Source: Pseudomonadota bacterium
GTDB lineage: Bacteria > Pseudomonadota > Gammaproteobacteria > Burkholderiales > Burkholderiaceae_C
Reading direction: 5' to 3'
Assembly: GCA_041164205.1 (NCBI GenBank)
Contig: JBEAPX010000056.1
Span: 1-53,750, forward strand
DNA: 53,750 nucleotides
Part shown: positions 1-11,855 of the stretch, one piece after another
How the letters are laid out: each line of letters begins with the position of its first letter
Position numbering within the stretch: position 1 is the first letter of the stretch
Translations under genes and position numbers: made by a program
Notes under the pieces: model-generated
What the model saw: only the letters and a program-made list of their open reading frames with translations
Database searches by the model: none
Told to the model about the DNA's origin: nothing

Positions 1-103
<103 letters not shown>

Positions 104-147
104 TCATGGCGGGCCTGGTCATAACATTTCAAAAATCAGACGTTGGC

Positions 148-618
148 TTAGAAACGGAAGTGGCTGAATGCCTTGTTGGCTTCTGCCATGCGGTGCACTT
201 CGTCACGCTTTTTCATGGCGCCGCCACGGCCTTCGGTGGCCTCGATCAGCTCATTTGCCAAGCGGAAAGCCATCGACTTTTCGCTGCGCTTCTTAGCAGC
301 CTCTTTGATCCAACGCATTGCCAAAGCTTGGCGACGGATCGGGCGAACTTCAACAGGCACCTGGTAGTTGGCACCACCCACACGGCGAGATTTCACCTCG
401 ACGACAGGCTTGACGTTGTTCAGAGCGACATTGAACAGCTCCAGCGGATCGCCACCGGTTTTGCTCTCGATTTGTGCCAAGGCGCCATAAACGATGCGCT
501 CAGCGACAGCTTTTTTACCGCCTTGCATGATGACGTTCATGAACTTGGCCAGTTCCACATTGCCATATTTTGGATCTGGCAGGATTTCACGTTTAGGGAC
601 TTCGCGACGACGTGGCAT
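148..618 (-). CDS. rpsG: 30S ribosomal protein S7
   Basis: [18 protein letters not shown]...[12 protein letters not shown]; str operon order. Confidence 0.99.
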   Translation of the reverse strand: MPRRREVPKREILPDPKYGNVELAKFMNVIMQGGKKAVAERIVYGALAQIESKTGGDPLELFNVALNNVKPVVEVKSRRVGGANYQVPVEVRPIRRQALAMRWIKEAAKKRSEKSMAFRLANELIEATEGRGGAMKKRDEVHRMAEANKAFSHFRF

Positions 619-744
619 TTTGATAACCTCTTTGCTTCAGTTGGCTGACTTGACAGCCCTGAGAGCCATCTTGACTCTCACTTACTCGACACTTTTTAAG
701 TGTCACTACGCCTCAGCCTGAGCTGGGCACCTGGATGGATGGGA
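619..744 (-). promoter_or_regulatory. rpsL-rpsG intercistronic structured region, probable S7 autoregulatory site
   Basis: 126-nt spacer with several hairpins (tgagag..ctctca, gacactt..aagtgtc); this position matches the known S7-binding element of str operons. Function inferred from position. Confidence 0.45.
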
Positions 745-1119
745 TTAACCCTTTGGACGCTTCACGCCATACTTGGAGCGTGACTGCTTGCGGTCTTTCA
801 CGCCTTGCAAGTCGAGCGAGCCACGAACAATGTGGTAACGCACACCAGGCAAGTCTTTGACACGACCACCGCGCACCAGAACCACACTGTGTTCCTGGAG
901 GTTGTGGCCTTCACCGCCGATGTAGGAAATCACTTCAAAGCCGTTGGTCAAACGAACTTTGGCAACTTTACGCAGAGCGGAGTTAGGTTTCTTAGGCGTC
1001 GTGGTGTACACGCGTGTGCACACACCGCGACGCTGGGGGCAGTTTTCCATCGCAGGGCTCTTGGACTTGATCTTTTCGACCTCGCGCCCGTGACGGATGA
1101 GTTGATTAATGGTTGGCAT
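745..1119 (-). CDS. rpsL: 30S ribosomal protein S12
   Basis: [32 protein letters not shown] motifs. Confidence 0.99.
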   Translation of the reverse strand: MPTINQLIRHGREVEKIKSKSPAMENCPQRRGVCTRVYTTTPKKPNSALRKVAKVRLTNGFEVISYIGGEGHNLQEHSVVLVRGGRVKDLPGVRYHIVRGSLDLQGVKDRKQSRSKYGVKRPKG

Positions 1120-1258
1120 GTAACGTCCCTAAACGTTTGAAAACAGAAAACCCTTCGGAAAATTCCGAAAAGCCCGCGATCATATCACTCTCAATCGCTT
1201 CTTGTCTATTGGCTGTGGTTTGCGGATGAAAAAGGCCAGTTTGATAACCGATTTCGTC

Positions 1259-2422
1259 TCAATCCAACGACAGCAGCAGGTGGTGCCACAGTCGCTTCAT
1301 GATGCCCGCCTCCGGCACCTCCTGAACCACCTGCAGCTCACTGCTGCCCAAGACGCGGTTGGTGTCACCCCAAAGAACCTCCACTTTGCCGACGGTAGCG
1401 CCCGCCGCCAAAGGCGCCTTCAGCTGCTTGGGATAATCGAGGCGGGTCCGCAGTTGGGTCGCCGCGCCTTGAGGTGCTGCCACCCACATCCCGCCTTGGA
1501 CCCCCAGCTCGGCGACATCGGCGGCTCCAAACCAGACTGGGGGCTTGACCAGCACATCCCCGTCCTTTGGAACGCGGGCAATGCGGAATGCGCCATAACC
1601 CCAGTTAAGGAGTTTCTGGCTTTCATTGGCTCGAGCCAAGGCGCTGCGGGTTCCCAAAACCACGCTCAACAACCGCCGCTCTTCGCCCGGGGCTCCTGGC
1701 ACGGCTCGCCTCGCCGTGGCCACCAGGCAGTAACCTGCGGCTTGGGTATGCCCCGTTTTCAGGCCATCCACTGTTGGGTCGCGGTAAAGCAACAGGTTGC
1801 GATTCATGTCATTGGCTTTGGGTGTGCCTGGGTAGTGGTACCGCTGAATGGCGTAATAGCCGACATATTCAGGAAAATCTCGATACAGACGGGAAGCCAA
1901 GATTGCCAAATCGTTGGCCGTCGTGATATGCCCTTCCGCAGGCATCCCTTCCGGATTGCGGTAGCTTGTGTTGGTCATACCCAAGGCCTTCGCCTGCTGA
2001 TTCATCATTTCGACGAATTGCTCAACAGTGCCTGCCACGCCTTCGGCAAGCGCGACCGTGGCGTCGTTACCTGACTGAATGATCATGCCTTTGATGAGGT
2101 CCTCCACCGGGACTTGCCAATTGGGCTCAATGAACATACGCGAGCCCTGCATCTTCCAGGCACGAACGGAAACCGTGAACGTCTGATCCAAGGCGATGCG
2201 CTTGTTCTTAAGTGCATCAAAAACCAAGTAAGCGGCCATCAACTTCGTCAGCGATGCCGGCTCAACCGGCTGATCCGCATCCCGCGAGGCCAAGACCTGA
2301 TTGGCTTTCATGTCGTAAAGCAAATAGGCTTTGGCATCCACCTCTGGCGGGGTGGGCCAAGCAGCGGCTTGAGCCAACCCAACAAACAGTGATCCCAAAG
2401 CCGCCAGCAGCCAATGCTTCAT
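1259..2422 (-). CDS. dacA: D-alanyl-D-alanine carboxypeptidase (PBP5/6, peptidase S11)
   Basis: Signal peptide; SxxK (ASLTK), SGN and KTG motifs. Confidence 0.93.
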   Translation of the reverse strand: MKHWLLAALGSLFVGLAQAAAWPTPPEVDAKAYLLYDMKANQVLASRDADQPVEPASLTKLMAAYLVFDALKNKRIALDQTFTVSVRAWKMQGSRMFIEPNWQVPVEDLIKGMIIQSGNDATVALAEGVAGTVEQFVEMMNQQAKALGMTNTSYRNPEGMPAEGHITTANDLAILASRLYRDFPEYVGYYAIQRYHYPGTPKANDMNRNLLLYRDPTVDGLKTGHTQAAGYCLVATARRAVPGAPGEERRLLSVVLGTRSALARANESQKLLNWGYGAFRIARVPKDGDVLVKPPVWFGAADVAELGVQGGMWVAAPQGAATQLRTRLDYPKQLKAPLAAGATVGKVEVLWGDTNRVLGSSELQVVQEVPEAGIMKRLWHHLLLSLD

Positions 2423-2431
2423 ATGTGTTCC

Positions 2432-3082
2432 TTAAGACAAGGGTTGAGTGTCGGTGTCCACCGACAAGTGGCGAACGACCAGCTTTTTAAGCATTGGCAG
2501 CCGCCCATGGAAAAAATGCTCGCCACCTGGCACAACGGTGACTGGCAGGCCTTGTGGGCGCGCCCAATCCAGGACGGCAGCCAACGGCACGGTGTCGTCT
2601 TCTTCGCCATGAACCACCAGCGCGCGTTCGTGCCACGCCTCTGGGATTGCAGCCACTTGGAAGCGACTCGCAGCGGTACCAACCAAGACCACCGCTTTCA
2701 AGTCACGGCCATCGGTCACAGCCTGTTGAACCGCGTGGCTCGCCACTGCCGCTCCAAAAGAAAACCCAGCCAGTGCCAGTGGACCCGCCGCAGCGAAGGC
2801 ATTGATCACCGCCTGTGTGTCTTCGCGCTCACCTACGCCAGCGTCATGCACACCAACCGATTGGCCTACGCCGCGAAAATTAAAACGCACCGCACGCCAG
2901 CCGGCTTGCACAAACGCGCGCGCCAGTGTTTGGACCACCTTGTTGTCCATGGTTCCGCCAAACATGGGATGAGGGTGTGCAATCACGGCCGTTCCAACAG
3001 CCGCGGTTGCGGGTTCATCTATCGCCACCTCTAATTGACCCACGGCGCCATCGATCAGGGACCTTTGAGTTTTGGGGTTCAT
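2432..3082 (-). CDS. Alpha/beta hydrolase
   Basis: HPHPMFGGTMDNKVV, FNFRGVG, nucleophile elbow GFSFG, HGEEDD, HFFHG. Confidence 0.9.
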   Translation of the reverse strand: MNPKTQRSLIDGAVGQLEVAIDEPATAAVGTAVIAHPHPMFGGTMDNKVVQTLARAFVQAGWRAVRFNFRGVGQSVGVHDAGVGEREDTQAVINAFAAAGPLALAGFSFGAAVASHAVQQAVTDGRDLKAVVLVGTAASRFQVAAIPEAWHERALVVHGEEDDTVPLAAVLDWARPQGLPVTVVPGGEHFFHGRLPMLKKLVVRHLSVDTDTQPLS

Positions 3083-3088
3083 GGCGAG

Positions 3089-3424
3089 TCAGCGCCCCAC
3101 AGATTCAGCCAATTTCAAACGCTCGACCACTTGGCCCTTCGCCAAGTGTTGCTCGACAATTTCATCGATATCGGATTCATCGACAAAGGTATACCAAACG
3201 CCCTCAGGGTAAACGACCGCAACCGGTCCACCTGCGCAACGGTCCAAGCAGCCCGCCTTGTTGACGCGCACCTGCCCTTGGCCAGCCAAGCCCATGGCCT
3301 TGACTTGTGATTTGCAACGTTCAAAGCCCGCCTTAGCTGCGTGGTCGGCGCAACACGCCTCACCATTGGCGCGTTCATTCAAGCAAAAAAAGATGTGCTT
3401 TTGGTAGTAGGGAGTTGTGCTCAT
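3089..3424 (-). CDS. Thioredoxin-like [2Fe-2S] ferredoxin
   Basis: Start reassigned to MSTTPYYQKHIFFC; Cys pattern C..CC..GCLDRC, GPVAVVYPEGVWY. Confidence 0.92.
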   Translation of the reverse strand: MSTTPYYQKHIFFCLNERANGEACCADHAAKAGFERCKSQVKAMGLAGQGQVRVNKAGCLDRCAGGPVAVVYPEGVWYTFVDESDIDEIVEQHLAKGQVVERLKLAESVGR

Positions 3425-3455
3425 GGTCTGAATTGTAGAAGCCTGTGCCGACCAT

Positions 3456-4538
3456 TTAAGCGCGAGGTTCTTTCCACGCACGCACGGCGACCAGCAGCAA
3501 CGCAAGCCAAGGCCACAACAGGGCGACCCATGCCAGCACACCATTGACCCTCGCCGTTGGCCCTTGGAGGAATGCCTGCCACTCCATATCCCAATAGCCG
3601 CTGTGCGCGAATGTGTTGACGCCAACCGCGTGGGCAAGCACGACGACAAGGCCTGCGCGAACACCCCATCGGTGAGGCAACATCAACAAAACGGCACCCA
3701 GCGCCGCCGCCAAACCCACCGCCAGGGGCGTTGATCCCTTTAGCCAAGTGCCGGCATGATGGGCTCCGTGAGCCATGCCAGAAACGATAGTAAGCGCCAA
3801 CACACCAGCCGCCAACACCCCCAAACCCAAGGCCCACTTGTTGGCCCGGCCGCGAACTGCCAAGTGGACCAACGCCATGGGCGAAAGCAGCGTCAGAGCG
3901 ATGAGTGCCGATTCTTGATGAGGATCCAATATCCATCGTGTGCCGGCCTCTGACATCAAGCCAGTGGGCACCCATGCAAACACTTGTACCCACCCATCTC
4001 CGGGCCAGCGACCCACAGCGAATGGCAAGGCACTGGGCACACACAGAGCCACGACCCACAACCCCAGCAGAGCCCAAGCGGTCCCGCCGTGGGGTCGCAC
4101 CCAACGTGTGCGAACGGCCTGCCACTGCTTGAGTCGGTGCGGTGCGCTCAGCCACCAGGCCAAGATGGCACCGCTGATTCCCCCGAGCGTGTTGAAAGCC
4201 CAGTCCACATTGGATGACACCCTGGCGTCTAAAAAACCCTGCAGGGTTTCCAACAAGAGCGAAAACAATGAGGCTTGGCCGGCAGCGAGCGCGGCCCGCC
4301 AGAGGCTTCGGTCCCCGCGCAGGAGGCTCCAAGCCCAGAGGAATCCCAGCGGCAAATACCCAGCCCAGTTCAGCCAAAGATCGCGCTGAGTCCAATATTT
4401 GGGCCAGGGCGACAAAAACCAAATGGACAACTGCCACCCAGAGTCACGCCAGCCTTCGAACGGATACAAGCTGGCATAAATGACGCCCATTGCAGCGGCC
4501 CACCCGAACGGGCGAGCCATTGAGTCATGTTTGGGCAT
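3456..4538 (-). CDS. VanZ-family membrane protein
   Basis: YASLYPF, N..GYLPLGFL, E..QGFL..RVSSNVDW..N motifs; multiple TM segments; start uncertain (4520-4559). Confidence 0.8.
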   Translation of the reverse strand: MPKHDSMARPFGWAAAMGVIYASLYPFEGWRDSGWQLSIWFLSPWPKYWTQRDLWLNWAGYLPLGFLWAWSLLRGDRSLWRAALAAGQASLFSLLLETLQGFLDARVSSNVDWAFNTLGGISGAILAWWLSAPHRLKQWQAVRTRWVRPHGGTAWALLGLWVVALCVPSALPFAVGRWPGDGWVQVFAWVPTGLMSEAGTRWILDPHQESALIALTLLSPMALVHLAVRGRANKWALGLGVLAAGVLALTIVSGMAHGAHHAGTWLKGSTPLAVGLAAALGAVLLMLPHRWGVRAGLVVVLAHAVGVNTFAHSGYWDMEWQAFLQGPTARVNGVLAWVALLWPWLALLLVAVRAWKEPRA

Positions 4539-4562
4539 CTCGTTGCGCAAGCGCCCCAAGGA

Positions 4563-4985
4563 TTAAAACGGCTTGACGACCACCAAAATCACTGCAATCA
4601 AGAGCAAGATCACAGGGACTTCGTTGAACCAGCGGTACCAAACGTGTGAGCGACCGGGCTCGCCAGCCTTCCACTTGCGCAATATGCGTGCACAAGCATG
4701 GTGGTATCCAACGATCAAGACGACAACCAACAGCTTGGCATGGACCCAGCCCTGGCCTTGACCAATGCCATAGGTCAGCCAGAGAACAAAACCCAACACC
4801 AAAGCTGGCACAGCCAAGATGTGGGTGAATCGAAGGAGTTTTGTCGCCATGAGCAATAAGCGTTCACGTTCGGCTTGACTGCCCTCCGGCACCATCGCCA
4901 AGTTCACATAGATGCGAGGCAGGTAAAAAAGACCAGCAAACCAGCTGGCCACGAAAACAATATGCAAAGCTTTGATCCACAACAT
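4563..4985 (-). CDS. hemJ: HemJ/CopD-family (UPF0093) protoporphyrinogen oxidase
   Basis: WIKALHIVFVASWFAGLFYLPR ... RWFNEVP ... VVVKPF. Confidence 0.88.
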   Translation of the reverse strand: MLWIKALHIVFVASWFAGLFYLPRIYVNLAMVPEGSQAERERLLLMATKLLRFTHILAVPALVLGFVLWLTYGIGQGQGWVHAKLLVVVLIVGYHHACARILRKWKAGEPGRSHVWYRWFNEVPVILLLIAVILVVVKPF

Positions 4986-5011
4986 AGCGTCAGTGTAGTC
5001 TCAGGTTTATT

Positions 5012-5404
5012 TCAAAGTTGTTCCCAGGGCAATCCATCGAATCGCCAGCCACTCAAGGTGGACCGATGAAATTGATCATCTAGCTCCCCTTCAAATCCAT
5101 GCAACACGTTGATCACGTGTGTAAAGCCTGCAGCCTCCAACGCCAACCCGGCATCGATCGTTCGTTTGCCGCTGCGACAAATCAACACCACCGTGCGATT
5201 GAGGTCTCGGACCTCACTTTTCACGGCCTCTACGAATTCGGTCGGGTGAGGCATCAGTTCGGGGTATTCGTACCACGGGATGTTCACAACTCCGGGTGGA
5301 CGCCCGACATACAAAGATTCGATTTCCATGCGAACATCTAAAAAAACGGCATTTGGATCAGATTGGATCAAGGCCCAAGCCTCAATAGGGAGCATGTGTT
5401 TCAT
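5012..5404 (-). CDS. Single-domain rhodanese-like sulfurtransferase
   Basis: FLDVR, active-site loop ICRSGKR, GFEG..GW..GLPW. Confidence 0.9.
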   Translation of the reverse strand: MKHMLPIEAWALIQSDPNAVFLDVRMEIESLYVGRPPGVVNIPWYEYPELMPHPTEFVEAVKSEVRDLNRTVVLICRSGKRTIDAGLALEAAGFTHVINVLHGFEGELDDQFHRSTLSGWRFDGLPWEQL

Positions 5405-5452
5405 ATCGGTATTGTCGCCGAGTCATTCGGGCCGCACCACTACAATCGTCAC

Positions 5453-6517
5453 ATGAACTCAGCTCCCCTCGCTCACGCTTTCACCTACACCCGTGGCAGT
5501 GCGTTGCCCGCGATTTTGCGACAACGCATTGTCGTCATGGACGGCGCCATGGGCACGATGATTCAACGCCTGAAATTGTCGGAGGCGCAGTACCGGGGGG
5601 AGCGATTTGCCGACGCGACGCAAGACGTCAAGGGCAACAACGAACTGCTGAGCCTCACGCGGCCCGATGTGATTCAAGACATCCATGAGCGCTACCTTTT
5701 GGCAGGCGCTGACTTGATCGAAACCAATACCTTTGGTGCGACCAGCGTTGCCCAAGAAGACTACGACATGGCTGACTTGGCGTACGAAATGAATGTGCAA
5801 TCAGCCAAAATTGCCAAGGTGGCCTGCGATCAGCACAGCACGCCAGATCACCCCCGTTTTGTATTGGGGGCGATTGGACCAACACCTAAAACCGCCAGCA
5901 TCAGTCCGGATGTGAACGACCCTGGCGCACGCAACGTCTCTTTTGAACAATTGCGCGCCTCATACTCAGAGCAAGTCGAAGGGCTGCTCGATGGCGGGGC
6001 CGATGCCCTATTAGTCGAAACCATCTTCGACACCCTCAACGCCAAGGCTGCGTTGTTCGCCATTGAGGCGGTGTTCGAAGCCCGCCAAGAGCGCTTGCCT
6101 TTGATCATCAGCGGCACCGTGACGGATGCATCGGGACGCATCCTCAGTGGACAAACCGTTTCAGCCTTTTGGGCTAGCGTGCGCCACGCCAGGCCCTTGG
6201 CAGTGGGTTTGAATTGCGCTTTAGGGGCGGCACTCATGCGGCCGTATATCCAAGAGTTGGCTAAATTGGCAGATGACACATTCATCAGCTGCTACCCCAA
6301 CGCCGGGCTACCCAACCCCATGAGTGACACGGGGTTCGATGAAACACCCGAAGTCACCAGCCGACTTCTGCATGACTTTGCCGCGCAAGGATTGGTCAAC
6401 ATCGTTGGAGGCTGTTGTGGGACCACACCTGAACACATTGATGCGATTGCGAAAGCGATTGCCCCTCAGAGTGCGCGCGCGGTCAGCCGTCCCATGTTCT
6501 ATGCCGCAGCGGCCTAA
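5453..6517 (+). CDS. metH: Methionine synthase N-terminal half (homocysteine-binding domain of split MetH)
   Basis: [41 protein letters not shown] Zn ligands; ends after the Hcy domain with a normal stop. Confidence 0.95.
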   Translation: MNSAPLAHAFTYTRGSALPAILRQRIVVMDGAMGTMIQRLKLSEAQYRGERFADATQDVKGNNELLSLTRPDVIQDIHERYLLAGADLIETNTFGATSVAQEDYDMADLAYEMNVQSAKIAKVACDQHSTPDHPRFVLGAIGPTPKTASISPDVNDPGARNVSFEQLRASYSEQVEGLLDGGADALLVETIFDTLNAKAALFAIEAVFEARQERLPLIISGTVTDASGRILSGQTVSAFWASVRHARPLAVGLNCALGAALMRPYIQELAKLADDTFISCYPNAGLPNPMSDTGFDETPEVTSRLLHDFAAQGLVNIVGGCCGTTPEHIDAIAKAIAPQSARAVSRPMFYAAAA

Positions 6518-6689
6518 AGGGCGCATGGCCCCCACCCACACACCTCCTTGGGAACACCTGCAAACGGCGCGCCTGCCCAAGACACAAGGCTACCGCGCAC
6601 TTGGTGACACGTTTGTGTACACACAGAACGGAATACCTAGAGGCGTTCATGTTGTCGTGTTCCAGCGTGCCAACACCCCCCTCTTTTGA

Positions 6690-7718
<1,029 letters not shown>

Positions 7719-7725
7719 ACCCGTC

Positions 7726-8346
7726 GTGGATCTCAAACCTCTCCTCACGCTCATTGCCATTGTTAACCCGATGGCGGTCGTGCCGTTTTTCATCCATTAC
7801 ACCCAAGGGTTTTCGGATGCCCAAGCCAAGCGAACCATTCGCACCGCCTCCATGAGCGTGTTCATTGTGATGGCCGCCTGTGCGTTGATCGGGCTTCAAA
7901 TTTTGGGCTTCTTTGGAATTTCTCTCGCCAGTTTTCAAGTCGGTGGCGGGATGCTGTTGCTGATGTCAGCGCTCAGCATGCTCCAGGCCAAGCCCATCGA
8001 AGGCAAGGTCAATGAACAAGAGCTCGCAGGCACGACGGGCCTGCACTCTGTTGGCGTCGTGCCACTGGCGATTCCACTGCTCGCCGGTCCGGCAACCATG
8101 TCCACTGTCGTGATTTATGCGGAACAATCTCAAAGCCTGTTGCAGCACAGCCTGCTGATTGCGTACGCAGGGGTCGTCGCTGGGTTGACGTACTTTTGCA
8201 TGCGGATGGCACATCCTATTTCGCAAACGCTCGGTCGCACAGGCATCAATATCATGACGCGGTTGATGGGGCTGATTTTGGCCGCACTGGCAGTCGAGGT
8301 GATGGCGAGTGGCCTGTCTCAGTTGTTTCCTGCACTGAGAGCCTAA
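7726..8346 (+). CDS. MarC-family membrane protein
   Basis: IVNP, FQVGGG, VVPLAIPLLAGP, RLMGLILAA; start set at GTG 7726 just after the hemB stop. Confidence 0.9.
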   Translation: MDLKPLLTLIAIVNPMAVVPFFIHYTQGFSDAQAKRTIRTASMSVFIVMAACALIGLQILGFFGISLASFQVGGGMLLLMSALSMLQAKPIEGKVNEQELAGTTGLHSVGVVPLAIPLLAGPATMSTVVIYAEQSQSLLQHSLLIAYAGVVAGLTYFCMRMAHPISQTLGRTGINIMTRLMGLILAALAVEVMASGLSQLFPALRA

Positions 8347-9710
8347 TGGCGAAAGAAAGCTTTTATACATGCCAAGCCTGCGGCGGCACCAATCTCAAAT
8401 GGCTGGGCAAATGTCCCCATTGCGAGGCATGGAACACCCTCGTTGAAACGGCGGCGCCGCTCAAGACAAGCAAACCATCTCGGGCATTGGCTGCGGCCAG
8501 TCCAGTGACCACTTTGGGTGACATCACCGCAGCAGATGTCAGTCGACGGCCGGTGGGCATGGCAGAGCTCGATCGGGTACTCGGTGGTGGTTTGGTTGAT
8601 GGTGCAGTTGTGTTGATTGGTGGCGACCCAGGCATAGGTAAGTCCACATTACTGCTCCAAGCGCTGGCGCGACTCGCTCAGCATGAGCCAACGCTGTACA
8701 TCACCGGAGAAGAGTCCGCCGCTCAAGTGGCCATGCGCGCTCAACGCCTAGGTTTGGACAACAGCCCCGTTCGAGTAATGGCGGAAATCTCGCTGGAGCG
8801 CATCCTGACTACTCTGGTTGCAGAGAACGCGAGAACCTGCGTGATTGATTCAATTCAAACAATTGCCACTGACACGCTGTCCTCAGCGCCGGGGTCCGTG
8901 GCACAGGTTCGGGAATGCGCAGCAGCCCTCACCCGCGTGGCCAAGGACCAGGGCATCACCATGGTCCTGGTGGGCCACGTGACCAAAGAAGGGGCATTGG
9001 CTGGTCCACGTGTGCTTGAGCACATGGTGGACACCGTGCTCTACTTCGAAGGCGATAGTCACTCGAACTACCGAATGGTGAGGGCCATTAAAAATCGCTT
9101 TGGTGCCGCGAACGAAATGGGCGTGTTTGCGATGACAGAGAAGGGCTTGAAGGGGGTCTCTAACCCGTCGGCGATTTTTCTCAGCCAACACACTCAACCT
9201 GTGCCGGGCGCCAGTGTTTTGGTGACCTTGGAGGGCACTCGGCCGTTGCTTGTCGAAATTCAAGCATTGGTTGATATCGGCGGCGCGTCGCCGCGGCGCC
9301 TGAGCGTGGGCCTCGACCGCGACCGTTTGGCCATGCTGCTCGCCGTATTGCACCGCCACGCTGGCGTGGCCTGTTCAGATCAAGACGTGTTTGTCAACGC
9401 AGTGGGGGGCGTCCGGATTGGCGAACCTGCGGCGGACTTGGCCATTGTGCTGTCGATTCACAGCAGCTTGCGGGGTCAAGCATTGCCTGGTGGGCTTGTG
9501 GCTTTCGGCGAAATCGGCTTGGCAGGAGAAATCCGACCGGCACCCCGAGGCCAAGAAAGGCTGAAAGAAGCGGCGAAGTTGGGCTTTACACACGCCATTG
9601 TGCCCAAGGCGAATTTACCGAAACACAAGGATCAAGCCCTTGATGGCATGCAGCTGTTTGGCGTGGATCGGGTGGAAGATGCGATCCAATGGGTTAAAAC
9701 CCTAGCCTGA
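8346..9710 (+). CDS. radA: DNA repair protein RadA/Sms
   Basis: CxxC..CxxC zinc finger, GGDPGIGKS Walker A, KNRFG motif; ATG overlaps the marC stop. Confidence 0.98.
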   Translation: MAKESFYTCQACGGTNLKWLGKCPHCEAWNTLVETAAPLKTSKPSRALAAASPVTTLGDITAADVSRRPVGMAELDRVLGGGLVDGAVVLIGGDPGIGKSTLLLQALARLAQHEPTLYITGEESAAQVAMRAQRLGLDNSPVRVMAEISLERILTTLVAENARTCVIDSIQTIATDTLSSAPGSVAQVRECAAALTRVAKDQGITMVLVGHVTKEGALAGPRVLEHMVDTVLYFEGDSHSNYRMVRAIKNRFGAANEMGVFAMTEKGLKGVSNPSAIFLSQHTQPVPGASVLVTLEGTRPLLVEIQALVDIGGASPRRLSVGLDRDRLAMLLAVLHRHAGVACSDQDVFVNAVGGVRIGEPAADLAIVLSIHSSLRGQALPGGLVAFGEIGLAGEIRPAPRGQERLKEAAKLGFTHAIVPKANLPKHKDQALDGMQLFGVDRVEDAIQWVKTLA

Positions 9711-9751
9711 TTCTGTCGTCAATTCACATCCCAACGGGTTAAACTGAAAGC

Positions 9752-10483
9752 ATGTCAAATTTATCAGCACAGCCCCTGCGTCACGTGGCATTCATCATGG
9801 ATGGCAATGGGCGATGGGCCAAGCAACGCCATTTGCCCAGAGTAGCCGGTCACGCCAAGGGGGCGATGCAGGCCAAACAGGTCATTAAAGCTTGCGCAGC
9901 GCGACAAATTGAATACGTCACTCTGTACGCTTTCAGCACCGAAAATTGGGCGCGCCCCGCCGATGAAGTCAGTGCCTTGATGGGGCTCTTCCTCAAGTAT
10001 CTCAAGAGTGAGCTCGAAGGGATGGTGGCGCAAGGCGTGCGGCTGAAAATTTTGGGAGACCTCTCCGAATTCTCTGCTGAGCTTCGAGAAGCCATCGCCC
10101 ATGCAGAAAAGATGACCCAAGATGGCGACCGCATTCAGGTGAACGTGGCCGCCAATTACGGAGGGCGCGCGGAGCTCGTTTCGGCCGTTCGACAGTGGGT
10201 CTCGAACAACCCCAATGCATCACCACAGGAATTTGATGATGAGGCGTTTCAGCAGCATTTGCTGACACGCGGCATTCCAGATCCAGATTTGTTGGTGCGC
10301 ACGGGCGGCGAATGTCGGTTGAGTAATTTTTTGCTTTGGCAATCTGCCTACACCGAGCTGTATTTCACGGACACTCTATGGCCCGCCTTTGACGAGAAGG
10401 CCCTTGATGCCGCCATTGCCTGGTACAGGTTACGAGAGCGCCGGTTTGGTAAAACTTCTGAGCAAATTGCAGCAACGGACTGA
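9752..10483 (+). CDS. uppS: cis-prenyltransferase (undecaprenyl diphosphate synthase family)
   Basis: HVAFIMDGNGRWA, YAFSTENW, NYGGR, RTGGE.RLSNFLLWQ. Confidence 0.93.
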   Translation: MSNLSAQPLRHVAFIMDGNGRWAKQRHLPRVAGHAKGAMQAKQVIKACAARQIEYVTLYAFSTENWARPADEVSALMGLFLKYLKSELEGMVAQGVRLKILGDLSEFSAELREAIAHAEKMTQDGDRIQVNVAANYGGRAELVSAVRQWVSNNPNASPQEFDDEAFQQHLLTRGIPDPDLLVRTGGECRLSNFLLWQSAYTELYFTDTLWPAFDEKALDAAIAWYRLRERRFGKTSEQIAATD

Positions 10484-10620
10484 TTTTTGGGTTGGGGCCA
10501 AAATATTTTTGTGTCATTTGTCGCCCACCCATCGCTCTCCAGAGCCTGGCCTTATTACAATGATTTGTTAGAACTTTCAGGCGCAGGGCTTGAAAGCGAT
10601 GACCAATTCAAGGACTCAAT

Positions 10621-11559
10621 ATGTCTGCAATGCCCCCTTCGATGGCTGACCGTGACGGCAAAATTTGGATGGACGGTGAACTCGTGGAATGGCGTGACGC
10701 CAAAATTCACGTCCTGACGCACACCCTTCACTACGGTTGCGGCGCGTTCGAAGGAGTGCGCGCCTACAAAACGGACAAAGGCACGGCGATTTTCCGTTTG
10801 CGGGAACACACGGAGCGGTTCTTCAATAGCGCAAAAATCCTGCGTATGCGCTTGCCTTTCACGCCTGAGCAGCTCAATGCGGCGCAATGCGAAGTGATTC
10901 GTGCGAACCAACTCGAAAGCGGCTACATCCGCCCGCTCGCTTGGGTGGGCTCCCAAAAGCTTGGTGTGTCCACCAAAGGCAACACGTTTCACGTCATGAT
11001 CGCTGCTTGGCCTTGGGGTGCCTACCTCGGTGAAGAGGGCATGGAAAAGGGCATTCGAGTCAAGACCAGCAGCTACACCCGCCATCACGTGAACATCACG
11101 ATGACGCAAGCCAAAGCTGTGAGCAACTACACCAATAGCATTTTGGCTAATCAAGAGGCCACAGACGACGGGTACGACGAGGCTCTGCTCCTCGATGCCA
11201 GCGGATTTGTGAGCGAAGGAGCTGGAGAGAATATTTTTGTCGTCAAAAACGGCGTCATCTACACGCCAGACCTATCGGCGGGTGCACTCAACGGCATCAC
11301 GCGCAACACTGTATTCCATATCGCCAAGGACCTCGGAATTGAGGTCGTGCAAAAGCGCATCACCCGTGACGAGATCTACATCAGCGATGAAGCGTTTTTC
11401 ACTGGCACAGCTGCTGAAGTCACGCCCATCCGCGAGCTCGACCGCATCGAGATTGGCCCCGGCCACCGCGGCCCAATCACGAAGAAAATCCAATCTGCAT
11501 TCTTTGATATCGTCAATGGACGTGACTCTCGATACGCAGATTGGCTCACATTGGTTTAA
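10621..11559 (+). CDS. ilvE: Branched-chain amino acid aminotransferase
   Basis: LHYGCGAFEGVRAY, AKAVSNY, EGAGEN, FFTGTAAE. Confidence 0.97.
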   Translation: MSAMPPSMADRDGKIWMDGELVEWRDAKIHVLTHTLHYGCGAFEGVRAYKTDKGTAIFRLREHTERFFNSAKILRMRLPFTPEQLNAAQCEVIRANQLESGYIRPLAWVGSQKLGVSTKGNTFHVMIAAWPWGAYLGEEGMEKGIRVKTSSYTRHHVNITMTQAKAVSNYTNSILANQEATDDGYDEALLLDASGFVSEGAGENIFVVKNGVIYTPDLSAGALNGITRNTVFHIAKDLGIEVVQKRITRDEIYISDEAFFTGTAAEVTPIRELDRIEIGPGHRGPITKKIQSAFFDIVNGRDSRYADWLTLV

Positions 11560-11576
11560 CCGCAACGGAATTGGCA

Positions 11577-11783
11577 ATGAGCGCACCGCAAACCGTCGAA
11601 GTGTCGGCGACAGAATTAGACAACAACGGCGGAGTCTTCTGCCCCAGCCCAAAGGCAGGCATGGCGATCTGGAATTCGCACCCGAAGGTCTACATTCATA
11701 TCGCAAGCGATGGCCAGGGCCAATGCCCGTATTGCGGGACGTTGTATCGATTAAGCGGCCCAAACCTTGCAAAAAATCACTAA
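11577..11783 (+). CDS. Small zinc-finger (zf-CHCC) protein
   Basis: VFCP...WNSHPKVY...CPYCG; follows ilvE. Confidence 0.88.
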   Translation: MSAPQTVEVSATELDNNGGVFCPSPKAGMAIWNSHPKVYIHIASDGQGQCPYCGTLYRLSGPNLAKNH

Positions 11784-11855
11784 ATCCAAGTATTATCTCC
11801 GCATTTCCTGTTTGTTTTCGCAATAATTATTGTATTGGCAAGTAAAGTGGTGGCC

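Noticed and set aside
745-1119. Possible streptomycin-resistance allele of rpsL
   Set aside because: K42/43 (TPKKPN) and K87/88 (RVKDL) are wild type
1202-2074. Long antisense or alternate-frame ORFs (also 3421-4437, 17734-18489, 19583-20341, 30026-30931, 47732-48700, 50737-51630)
   Set aside because: Shadow ORFs of well-supported genes; expected in GC-rich DNA and with no recognisable motifs
3456-4538. VanZ plus D,D-carboxypeptidase as glycopeptide resistance
   Set aside because: No vanHAX/RS genes; ordinary chromosomal context in a Gram-negative organism
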